From Epiperipatus broadwayi (taxonomy: Eukaryota > Animalia > Onychophora): DNA of 64,000 nucleotides. Numbering within the stretch: the first letter of the stretch is position 1; each line of letters starts with the position of its first letter. Below, in pieces: positions 13,738-25,239 of the stretch. The stretch lies in assembly GCA_028023455.1 (NCBI GenBank), contig JAQFVV010000007.1, forward strand, positions 11,222,001 through 11,286,000. The letters run 5' to 3'. Under the pieces are notes generated by a model. That model saw only the letters and a program-made list of their open reading frames with translations, did not search any database and had not been told where the DNA came from. The position numbers and the translations under genes were made by a program.

Positions 13738-13801
13738 CAAGTTGCATATAGACGTTATTTTCCAAGATCGCAAGGGTACAATACTATTGCTGGATTAATA
13801 C
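13738..13801 (+). CDS. Candidate internal coding exon, 64 nt, QVAYRRYFPRSQGYNTIAGLI(R); host gene unidentified
   Basis: Acceptor gattatgtttgtcag and donor AC|gtatgt. The frame stays open back to an alternative acceptor at 13709/13710 (adding SALIDYVCQ). CpGs are retained. Confidence 0.45.
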
Positions 13802-14677
13802 GTATGTAACATGCCAGTGCTTGACTCATATATAAGTATCAAAAAAAAAGTATAAAAAGGAACATATATACACATATTTTAAAATATAAAAATGAATGAT
13901 TTAAATACAATAAGCAAATATCGATGATGATAAAATGGTTTATTACTAAATTACAGGTCAATTATCAAGAGATATTGTAGAAGCAATTCATTTAATTATA
14001 TTACAAGCATAAATATATATGTGTTTGTTGATCGATCTGCTATAGTCCACTTTTTTAAATATAAAACGAAATCAATAACTGGTAAATTTTTTTTAAAAAA
14101 GAATACATTATTGCTAAATGATTAAAGATGTTATGAAAATTAGCAAATATGAATATTGTCTTAACAGAAATTTAAAAAAAAATCAGAGTATTATTAATTA
14201 TGCAAGTAAGGCAATTTAAATAAAATTTTCATTAAAGTTTTCAAACAGCAAGCAGCTTTATTAGACTAATCTATAGACAAAATCTGACATAAAAAATATT
14301 TTAATTTATTTTAAAAACGTAAATTAAAGTGTCGCCCTAATAAATAAACATAGGTTTCACAAATGAAATCATCTAACAAGTAATAAAAGATAAAATAAAG
14401 AAATGGAAGTGTAAAAATCTATTACAATAAATTAAATTCAGTTTAAACATTTTTGTATTTTAATTTTCAAATTTACTCATATACTATAAATAAAAAATAA
14501 CGAATATTGTCATCATCTATAGTAATATCAATATGCTTTGTGTCAGTCATATAAGTAAGAGTATGGGTTTAAACTTGCAGTATTATCCATTGGTATAATT
14601 TTTTACATCTGTGAATTATAACTCTCATCTTATGAAATCTATATTTACTTTCATTATCTCTTTTCTAATAATCTTTT

Positions 14678-14785
14678 TTTCCCCCATGTGTCATAGCATC
14701 GGCCGGGACGCGAACCCACAACCGTCTGCAACCAACTACTTGCTTGCATGGCGGTTGCGATACCTCTCGGCTAACAACGCAAGAC
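14678..14785 (-). mobile_element. Young 108-bp tRNA-derived SINE with 15-bp TSD
   Basis: Minus strand has A-box TAGCCGAGAGG and B-box GGTTCGCGTCC, with 9 CpG in 108 bp. TSD ttctaataatctttt at 14663-14677 and 14786-14800. Confidence 0.85.
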
Positions 14786-15686
14786 TTCTAATAATCTTTT
14801 GTAAGAAGAGTTTGTATTTTTAACAGTATTTATTCTGTTTACTTTGCCTTATCTTTTATCCGATTATTATAATTCGAGTTACCAGAGTCAGATTTTCTGA
14901 ACTAATAACTTTAGTATCGTTCACGTCAGATAAATACATCGATGATTATTATTAATTATTTATTAGGTTAGATAATACTATATCATACCTAGGAAAGCTA
15001 AATTTTTTTACCTCAGTTAAAAACTAACATATCTGTTTTTAAATATAAAGTCTGAGTAATTTAACTTTATCTGTCTTTTTCCATGTATAGTATTTTTATT
15101 AAAACTTCTACACTGCAATACATTTTAAAAATTTGAATAAAGACTAAAGAATAATATAAATGATCCCACGATGCATTTCATGTTAAATAAGGATTCTTCA
15201 TATGGGTCCAGATTGTAATCTTCTACACATATTTTAAGTTTACTATTTACCAATACCAAATTAATATAACTTGATTTACAAGTGTACAAACGTTCTGCAC
15301 TAAAAAACGATGGCATCAATCACTTCACATAAATATATTAATGATTACGATTAATCAGTTATTAGGCTAGAAGAGATAGAAGAAACATTAAACCTGATTT
15401 GTTAACTGTAAACTGTAATTAAAGATATATATATATATATATCTTTCTTTTGAACATAACTTTGTGTAATCAAATAACTTCATCATTTTGCTGTAATAAT
15501 TAATATTAAAGAGTTCAAATTTTTTATCAGCCAGTGAGAGAAAAAAATATTAGCAATGTTTTAATTTAAAAGATTATTCATTTGAGAATATAAACAATTT
15601 AAAATATCTTGATAGTTTTATAATTAGAAAGGTGCAATTTGGATGCAAAGACTACAATCATTGCTGCAGTTAACAAGTTAAAAAAT

Positions 15687-16446
15687 TAAAATCAGGCAAT
15701 GCTCTCTATATGTATTGCCACTCAATGCAAGCCAGAGTAATCAATGGATGGTAGAAGGCTTGTGCATAAAATCTTCATCTAGTGCCTACTCATCCAATAT
15801 CCCCAGACTAGTTCTGATTTGAGGCCTTCATCAGTGAGGAACCTTGGATCTGAAAACACTGCACCTAGATCTTAGGATGTAATGCAACACTCCAGCAGAT
15901 AATGCAATCCTCCAGCAACCACCTTTTATTTCTATTTAACTAAAAAACTATGAGACTTGAAAACACTATAATATTTTCAGTACCTATACATTTTGGTATC
16001 CTTGGTTCTTTAATAACCATAGTCACCAATATCCTATTGGCCAGGATACCAAAATGTATAGGTACTGAACTGAGTTCAGACCTATATGACTATATAAGCT
16101 GATGAGCTTGTATTAAAAATATTATAGTGTTTTTAATTTAAGTCTCATAGTTTTGTAGATAAGCAGAGATAAAAGGTGGCTTCTGGAGGATGGCATTAGA
16201 TCCTAAGATCTAGGTGCAGTGCTCTCAGATCTAAGGCTCTTCACTGATGAAGGCCACAAGCCAGAATCTAGTCTGGGGATATTGGATGAATAGGAACTAG
16301 ATGGGAATTTTTATGCACAAGCCATATGGCAACCATTGATTACTCTGGTTTGCACTGAGTGGCAATACATATAGAGAGTTTTGCCTGTTTTAATAACAGT
16401 TAAGAGCAAGCATAAGAAATGGTGATCATGTGATATTTATTGGCTT
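15687..16446. mobile_element. HHR family A fold-back element: arms about 15687-16002 and 16043-16395, plus a 3' tail
   Basis: Reverse-complementary arms, with 25 bp perfect at 15978-16002/16043-16067. HHR motifs at 15801-15839 (-) and 16239-16278 (+). Possible TSD aagttaa(a/t)aaat at 15675-15686/16447-16458 (11/12). Same family as 53813-54149. Confidence 0.85.
16239..16278 (+). ncRNA. Minimal type I hammerhead motif, family A (GAAA damaged in this copy)
   Basis: cttca-CTGATGA-a-GGC-cacaa-GCC-agaat-CTAG-TC-tgggg. Helix I is cttca/tgggg, and helix III derives from the palindrome ACTAGT. Confidence 0.65.
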
Positions 16447-16985
16447 AAGTTAATAAATGGAACATTTTTTGTAAGGGAATAATTACTGCAATTAAATTAG
16501 CTGTATAAAAATATTATTTTTAATTAATTAATTATATGGATGTGAAACATGGATACTATTGGTAAAATATAAAGGCTTTGTTAAAGTTTCATTTAATGCT
16601 GCTCTGTAAAAATTTAAAATACAAATGGCAAGACCATAAGATCAATCATATTTTTATTTTCTGGGTATGATACTATAGAATCCATTATTTCAAAATGACA
16701 ACTTTGTTGGATTGGTCATTTGAAATGAATGACAAATACAAGATTTTTTAAAAGGGTGTTTTACAGTGAACTTAAACATAGTTTACACAGAAGGGGTAGA
16801 CTTCATTTATATTATTGAGTATTATCTCAATGACACACTAGAGAGACATTGAATATTTTTATTGGGAAGATATGGCAAAATCAAGAATACATTTGAACAC
16901 TACAGTTGAACATAATATTAAAATGCTTTAGAAAGAGAAAGTTTTCTTTAAAAGAAGATGAATTAATAGAGATAAATAATATTTT

Positions 16986-17310
16986 TCAGTAAATATTTTT
17001 ATTTTCCATACACTAAAAGCAAAAAAAAAAAAATATTTCCTCAACCACAATTGGGTTTGTTAGATTGATCCTGATATAAAAATATGGGAGGGAGTCCAGA
17101 ATTAATTTAGCCAATGGGAGGGAGTCCAGAATTAATTAAGACAATCTTTTCTTATGAAAAATAGTCATTGAATTAATTTAATTTCAAGACCTCACTCAAC
17201 ATGCACACACAGTTTTATTTCAGGTTTAATATAAAAAAACTCCAATTGTGGTTAAAGAAACAATTTTTTTTTTGCTTTTCAGTGCATGGTGAATAAAAGA
17301 ATTTATTGCA
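16986..17310. repeat. Fold-back repeat J: arms about 16986-17058 and 17237-17310; spacer contains a 24-bp direct duplication (17084-17107, 17114-17137)
   Basis: Arms align as reverse complements by eye; atgggagggagtccagaattaatt occurs twice at period 30. Confidence 0.75.
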
Positions 17311-17796
17311 AAATGTTTTTTGTACTTTTTTTAGTATTGGCACAGTAAATAATAATGTCAAACACTAATAGTATTTATATCACTAGATATTTTTGCAATA
17401 AGTTAATATATATATATATCCTTTATTTATATACTATTATATATGTGTCTATAATTATATATGTGTCGAACAAGCATTAAGTAAATTTAAAAAAAAATGC
17501 TTAACAAAACTATATTATAAACCAACATTTTTTAATATGTATGATTTGACTTTAAAGTAACTTGTAAACTAATTTTATTTTATTTGAACATAAAGCAAGC
17601 TTTCAATTGAAATAAAAAAAAATGTGCACATTACTTAAAACATATGCTTGATTTAAAAATATTATACATTTATTTCAGCTTTCAATTAAAAGCAAAAAAA
17701 AATTTTACCACCCTCTCACATCTTACTTAAACTATGTCTATAAAATAAACAAATAAATATAGAGATTGTAAGTTTAATAATTTTTTTTATATTAAA

Positions 17797-18168
17797 TGTC
17801 TAAGTGTTGACTGATTTTAATGATTACTTATAAACCCATTTAGCATTGAGCATTATTATTATTTAATTAATACTGTGGGTGAAATTTAAATATTATAATG
17901 TAATGTTATAATTGATTATTTATTAGTCTGCATTCAAAATATGTTTTATTTACCTGTTTAAAGAGGTTTATTAAACTTTTTTGTATTAATAATTTCAATC
18001 TCTGTCATCAAGCTGTAATCTTTAGTGTCTACATTAAGTATACTGAACCATTGATAAAAATAAGATTCCAACTTTATTGTAAAACAGACACTGCCTTGAC
18101 GATAGGTTGAGGTCATTGATTGTTATTAATATTGGCATTGTCTAAGTGTTGACTGATTTTAATGATTA
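17797..18168. repeat. Perfect 30-bp direct repeat (17797-17826 and 18139-18168), period 342
   Basis: tgtctaagtgttgactgattttaatgatta is identical at both positions. Confidence 0.9.
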
Positions 18169-18328
18169 AATATATATATATATATTGTGCCAACTGGAAT
18201 TTGGTATAAATTTGGTATGTGATTAAATGTTAAGTATATAATTTTTTTGATTGAATTTAATAGAGAATGTATTACCCCAAGATTATTAAAATAGGTTATT
18301 ATGACAATAAAATATTAAGGCAAGAAAT

Positions 18329-18430
18329 GCATCATCATCATCATCATCATCATCATCATTATTATTATTATTATTATTATTGTTGTTGTTGTTATTATTA
18401 TTATTATTATTATTATGATGATGATGATGT
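18329..18430. repeat. Compound trinucleotide microsatellite (CAT/TAT/TGT/TAT/GAT)n
   Basis: Read directly. It produces the spurious poly-H/Y/C/D start of ORF 18267-18596. Confidence 0.95.
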
Positions 18431-19580
18431 TTATTTTGATTTATCCAAGGCATTTGATAAAGTGGATCATTCCAGGTTGCTTTTCAAAATGTATAAATTA
18501 GATTTTTCCTATAATTTGGTTGCATGGTTTGAATCTTTTATTAAGAAGAGAACAGCTTATGTAAAGTTTAAGAATAATTTTTCTCATCCATATTAACTCA
18601 AGGCAGCATCCTTGCACCATTATTGTTTAACATTTACATTGATGATTTGGGAGAAAGTTTGGAATTTTTAATATTTTATGTTATGCAGATGATTGTAAAA
18701 TGTTTAGACATATCAACTCTATTAATCATTGCATATTATTACAAAAAGATATTAATAATTTTGTGAAATGGTATAAAGATAATAAAATGGATATTAATAT
18801 AAATAAGTGTTCAACAGTTTTTTATTCCAAAAAATCTGAAATTATTTTTTGTCCTTATATTGAATATCATTATATAAAATTTGTTGATATTCAGAAATTC
18901 CTTGGTATTATTTTTGTAAACAATGGATCATTTCATCATTATATTGAAAATGTAGTAAATAAGGCTTTTAAAATTCTGGATGCAATTTTAAGGCATGGTA
19001 GACAATTTAGTAGTTTTACAAAATATAAATTATTTCTCTCTTTGGTTTTGCTTATTTTAGAATATGGATCTGTTGTTTGGAATCCCAGTTCCAAATGAGA
19101 TATTATTAAAATTCAATTTCTTTATGATAAATTTTCCAAGTACATTAAGTTAAAAGACCATTATCTATCCCTATCTGTTAGAAGAAAAATGAGAGATCTT
19201 AAAATTTTATATAACCTTGTGAATCAGAAAATTATATTAACTACCAAAATTTCAAATATTACTTTTAATAATTGTTTTCATAAAATACGTACATTTACAT
19301 TATTTTATATTAAGGTTTGTTGCTCTAACATATTAAAATTTTCACCTTTGTTTCGTTTGCCTTATACCTATAATCGTGATTTTACTAATGAAAATATTTT
19401 TTTTTTAAACTTTAAAAAATTTGTTACTTATCTTATAAAAAGTATGGTATATAATTATAGTAATAATTTGTCATTTTTACTCATTTATGTATATTATTTA
19501 TGTATATTATTGTATTGTTGTTATAGTGCAATTCTGTAATTGGCTTAATGCTGTAGTTTTGTATGGTAAATAAATTGAAT
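18427..19580 (+). mobile_element. CR1/Jockey-group LINE, 5'-truncated RT relic and 3' end
   Basis: YFDLSKAFDKVDH, QGSILAPLLFNIYIDDL, YADDCK, LGIIF and LEYGSVVWNP across frameshifted ORFs 18267-18596, 18700-19098 and 19189-19539. It ends aataaataaattg before an (ATT)n/(CAT)n run. Confidence 0.88.
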
Positions 19581-19864
19581 TATTATTATTATTATTATCA
19601 TCATCATCATCATTAGAATTGTTGTTGCTATTGTTGTTATTATTATTGCAACATAAAATTATTAAGTAATATTGTTTGTTTAAATATATGTATAAATAAT
19701 AAAATTTATAGTTTTTAATAAAATTATCGTGTTTTTATTTTATGTATTTTGGTTATTGTATTCATGAATAATAGATTATAAATAATACACATGAATCCCT
19801 AATGTCTTAAATGTATTGGTTGTTATATTTATATGATATATATAATATGGTATTGGATATATTA

Positions 19865-20749
19865 TATTGTTATATAATGAGCTTGCAAATAGCTCTTAAC
19901 AAGCTTTTCAGAATAACCCCAACCTCAGACCCATTTCTGCTACTGGCTTCCTCTGTGAGGTGCTAGGATAATCAAGCATTAGATTTAAAATACCAGGCCA
20001 AAAACAACACTTTATTTAATGGATAACTATTAAGTAGAAACTTTGAAAATTTCAGACATCCATACTTTATCCAATCCAGCTGTCTAACTTAAATAGCCAT
20101 ATGGGATTGAACCAAGTTCAGATATACCATATATTAATAGCTTTAGCAATATAAAATCACCAAAACCTTAATAGCAAAAAATAAAATTACAAAGAAATTA
20201 AGTAATGTGTCATATGACCTATTTTAACAAGCTTATATTATAATTGTTATATAATGTGCTTGCAAATAGCTCTTAACAAGCTTTTCAGAATATCCCCAAC
20301 TTCAGAGCAATTTCTGCTACTGACTTCCTCAGTGAGGTGCTAGGATATTCAAGCATTAGATTTGAAACACCAGGCCAAGCCCTGCACTTTATCTAATGGA
20401 TAACTAACTATTAAGTAAAAAATCTGTAATTTTCATACATTCATATGTCTACCTTATGGCTATTTAAGTTAGATAAATGGATTGGAAGACAAATGGATGT
20501 CTGAAAATTTCAGATTTTCTACTTAATAGTTATCCATTATTAGATAAAGTGCTCATCTTGGCTTGGTATTTGACATCTAATGCTTGAATATCCTAGCACC
20601 TCACTAAGGAATACAGTAGCATAAACTGGTTTGAGGTTGGGGATATTTTGAAAAGCTTGTTAAGAGCTATTTGCGAGCTCATTATATAACAATTGTAATA
20701 CAAGCTTGTAAAATTAGCCATGTGATATATGACTTAATTTCTTTGTAAT
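19865..20749. mobile_element. HHR family B locus: two tandem minus-strand units (period 377) followed by an inverted plus-strand unit (about 20456-20749)
   Basis: Three homologous copies with HHR motifs at 19923-19960 (-), 20300-20337 (-) and 20599-20636 (+). B-box-like GGTTCAATCCC on minus near 20103-20113. Confidence 0.85.
20300..20337 (-). ncRNA. Minimal type I hammerhead motif, family B (core intact in this copy)
   Basis: cctca-CTGAGGA-agtcagtagca-GAAA-ttgc-TC-tgaag. The sister copy at 19923-19960 has a perfect helix I (cctca/tgagg). Confidence 0.65.
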
Positions 20750-20756
20750 ATATATA

Positions 20757-21863
20757 CACCTGGGCCTTATTTTACATGATAGATACGTTCCTCAGAAAAC
20801 ACATGCAAACGAAATCGCGCAAGAATAGATGTAACTTACATTGAAAAAGGGGGGATGCGGTCTGTGATTTTTCAAAATTTGCGTAAAAGCAAAGCACCAA
20901 CGTAAAATTACTTTAAAATTCACGCAAAAAAAGTAGGAAATAAAATATGACTAATAAAAAATTTCAAATTTGAAAAAAATTGATTCAAGACAAACTTTTT
21001 TTAACTATAATATTTAATTTTATTCAAAATAATATATTTTTATGCATAATTTACAGTATGGTAATTTACATTTTTTTATACACATTTTAATTATTATCAC
21101 TATTTGCTGAAACACACGTTCATTTGCACTCTCATGTTGTGTTAATGGTTTTCTGTTGCCAATGTAATTAGTAATTAATCTTTGAGACGATGATTTTATT
21201 AATTGTTTATGAACTTAGACTTATGATAATAAAAAGACATTTATTCATCACTGCTGGGAAAAATTTAATTAAAACTAACAACTAAAAATTAGATTTTTAT
21301 TTTTGTCTTTAATTTTCAATTCCGTTTAAAAATGAAATTTCACATCACATTATTTCAAGTCGCCATAAGTAATTTTTAAATTGTTAATTACAATTAAAAA
21401 TCAGATTTTAATTTTTAATTGTCAAATTTAATTGTACCTACTGCTATTACTGACCTTTTAAAAATAAACTTGTGGACACTAAATGATTAATAATTGATTA
21501 TGTTCTTTTTTAAAAAGCAAAAACAGAATGTGATGTAAAATGCAAAATTAACACGCACAATGTTTGAACAAATTTACATTATAATCTTGTAAAATTTAAT
21601 GTGTGTATACATAAAATGTGGAAATCATGATTTTAATTTCATTATTGCATAAAATCTTACTATTATAAAGCACTGAAAATATTGAAATTACTAAGTTAAT
21701 AGTTGAATTATAATAATGTGCTATTACTTTCAATATGACGTAAGTGCATGAAATTTATTATTTAAAGTAATAGCGCAATATCAGAGTTCGATTTCCGGTG
21801 AAACACGAATCGCATAACTTCAAAATCATGTTAAATAAGTCCGCATAAAAAGAGACCCAGGTG
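20757..21863. mobile_element. Non-autonomous Tc1/mariner-superfamily (pogo/Tigger-like) DNA element, 1107 bp, TA TSD
   Basis: TA|CACCTGGGCC at the left end and GACCCAGGTG|TA at the right end; CpG-retaining subterminal regions. It carries a small family-D fold-back fragment at about 21650-21800. Confidence 0.75.
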
Positions 21864-24104
21864 TATAATATTACCAGTGCAGTATTGGTGAGAATATGGT
21901 ATAAATTGTTTTAGTTGGTATTAAATTAAAATAATATTCTTTGTATTTTATAATGTAAATATTATTTGTAAGTGTAATAATTGTAAAATATTTCTATTTT
22001 ATTGTTATTATTATAAAAAAGATTTTAAACATGGAACACAGGGTAATTTTGATATAAGAGTGACTAAATAGCTTTAGTTTAGTTTTGATGGTGATAATTA
22101 TACAAGGTTATAAAAGGGACTGAACAATTCAAATTCACTCTCTGACATTCTGATCTTCATAGATGTAAGCCTAAGCTCTTCCATTTGTTCAAAGAAGCTG
22201 AACAAGATTTTCAAAAATTTGTTAATAGAATGAGAAAGTAATTAATAGCATTCAAATGGATCTAAATAATTCCCTACTAAAATGGATATCGCATGTGAGC
22301 AAAGTGTTTCAATAATGAAATATAAAAGCTAATAATATAATATTGTATATGAGAATTGTTTTTATCTGCAGATATACTTTTATAACATTGGTTAAGTGTT
22401 TGAACTCAGGATTTAAGTCATGTTATTCATATGATGTACTGTCAGATATGGAAATTGGCATCTGTTTATTCATAATGCCATTACATTATTGAATAAATGA
22501 AAAATGAGGGATAAAATATAATCCATCGAAAATATTAGAATTAACAAAATATGCATTATTGGGGCAACTGTTGTTGATACTTTTACTTGAGTTAGATTAA
22601 TAAAGATTATTAAATTATAGCTCATAGAATAGACATTGGAACTACTGTGTTACTTTTAAATACTATCCAGAAGAATGATGAGTAAAATCAAGTCATATGT
22701 TAATATATTTATATGTATTTAATTGTGTAATACTTATAAATACAACTGATTACTATATCTTAAGTCAGAAAACTTGATATTTTTATATATTTGAAGTAAA
22801 AGGAAATTAAAATTTATTTCAAATTTAAATTTATATCTTAAATTTTAGCAAGTAAAATTTTGACTTAAAATATTATTCTCTTATTTGTTAACTGTAAATT
22901 ATTATTGAATACCCATTTTATAAGTATTGAAAATTAAAAAAAACTATATCATGGTAATTATTCATTGGTATTCTATTTGAAAATTAAATTGAATAAACAA
23001 ATAAACTTATGATTATTATATTTCATTTCAATTAATAATTTTATTACAAAGATTAAAAAAGTGTCATTAACTTTCTTGTATTTCAAAGAGTCCATATGTA
23101 TAACAACATTTTTTCATTACACATATATAAATATATTATAAACATTATATAGGTGAAATTTAATGTATAAACACCTATTTTATTAATATTAATTTCAATG
23201 GAGAATATATTTCATAATATTTAATTATAGTATATGTTTCAAATGTCTATTTGTCATTTATTTTTTTATATTTATTGTTAATAAATTTTAAATTCATTTA
23301 AAACAAATAAACTTGCTTTAGTTGACATTCAGTTTATAATGCAAACCTATTGGCTAATAATATTTTGACAGATAATAGTCATGTATTGACTTACACCATA
23401 TAGTTTATAATTAATACTCATAAGACAGTCTAGAAATTAAGTGAATGGATTCGTAACTATTTGTACAATTACTTATTATGGTAAATCCAATATATTATCT
23501 TTATAACCAGATATACCTTTTAAGTAGTAACAAATAGATGGGTTTGGTAATGCTAGGTATTTAATAAGTAATTAGGAGATTATCATAATTATATTATTAA
23601 TTATATGCAAAAGTTATTTTAAGATAGAAATTTATATCTGACATAAAGCACAAATAGAACAAATAAAAGTGATTATAATTGAATGTCTGCATATTTTTTA
23701 ACTATTATTTATTGGTTGAATATTATAGCAATTCAAAATTTAATTATAAAGATGGTAATGTTATTATATTATAAAACTGGTTATAACATATATTGAAATT
23801 GACATTTGAATTCCATTAAATAGAATAATTTGCTTTGATTAAATTTAAAGCTCATTGATATAGATCATACATTTAATTTAAATAGTAAACTTTGATATAG
23901 ACATTTGATGTAATAGATTACTAGTAATATTAGCCATATTATAATAATTATACTTTAAAGTCAAATAACATAGCTATATTGGGTTGAAGGCTAATCCAAC
24001 ATAATTTGTTAATAGTATTCATATAAGTGCTAAATAAAAATCTTTCATTTAGTTTATATTGCCATGATTGGATATTGTAAACTTTAAGGTTACTTAAAAG
24101 ATTG

Positions 24105-24192
24105 CCTTTATTCTATATTACTACAAATTGGTAAAGAAGGTAAGATATCCTTTATTCTATATTATTATAAATTGGCAAAGGAGGCAAGATAT
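24105..24192. repeat. Two-copy 44-bp tandem duplication
   Basis: cctttattctatatta(c/t)ta(c/t)aaattgg(t/c)aaag(a/g)agg(t/c)aagatat twice. Confidence 0.9.
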
Positions 24193-25155
24193 GCTAGGTT
24201 TGATTGATTCTGGGCATTGTATTTTATTGTAGTGTTGAGATATTTTATTTTTTTATTATGATTTGATGTTATAAAATAAGGTTTCAAAAAAGAAAATTAT
24301 ATATCTTTGATTAAAAATAGATTAATATATATAAATCTATAGATTAACAAAGCTTTTTATCATCATTAAGTTTTTCATTCTATTACAAATGATATATCTA
24401 ATAAGGGCATGTTACTGTTTTGAGATATTATTGCTTTGTTAGTATTGACTTTATTTTCATTTTATTAGCATTATTTTTATTTTATTTAGTTATAATTAGA
24501 GATCAACTATTGAATTATACTTTACTTAATAACAATTCATGTTTTATGTTTGCAGATTATACTAAAAATTTCATTTCTTATTTTTATGATATTCATTTCA
24601 TTACAAATAGCTTCCAAATTTGTAAAGTATATTAAGATCATTAGTTTTATCCATTAATTAATCAGTCTATTCAGTTATAAATATTGTTTAATGTTAGAAT
24701 AGGTTTATATTATAATAAAGAGTGTCAATTCTTGAGGAATACTAAAATTTATCTTCCTCATTCTTTGTTATAATTCTTATTCTGTGACAAATAGCTTATT
24801 CAACAAAGGCATATTATTATTTAAAAGACTGTATTGTTCTGGTATTATTGTATTTATTTCCAATCTCTTACAAATGGTGATCAACAGATGGGCTATAGTT
24901 TTATTCTTTTACAAATGCTGCTACAATTCATGGTGTGTTATTAAGCCAGAAACATTCTTTCATGATTCATTTTTATTCTGTTTATATATATGTAATATCT
25001 AAATTTATATATATTAAATACAGGAATAGTCATATAAATTTAATTTCTTTTATTACAAGTACTTTGACTACATTCCTTATATTTAATATAGATATAAATT
25101 TGGATATTACATACATTTTGAAAAGAATACAGACATCAAATTTAATTTAATTTAT

Positions 25156-25181
25156 TATATATATATATATATATATAATAA

Positions 25182-25234
<53 letters not shown>
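25156..25234. repeat. (TA)n microsatellite, interrupted
   Basis: Read directly. Confidence 0.95.

Positions 25235-25239
<5 letters not shown>

Noticed and set aside
18267-18430. Poly-His/Tyr/Cys/Asp protein N-terminus
   Set aside because: It is the translation of a trinucleotide microsatellite fused in frame to a LINE RT relic.
24899-24990. FTNAATIHGV as a DEG/ENaC N-terminal HG motif
   Set aside because: An in-frame stop lies immediately upstream, the acceptor context is poor, and nothing else resembles the channel. A short match is expected by chance.
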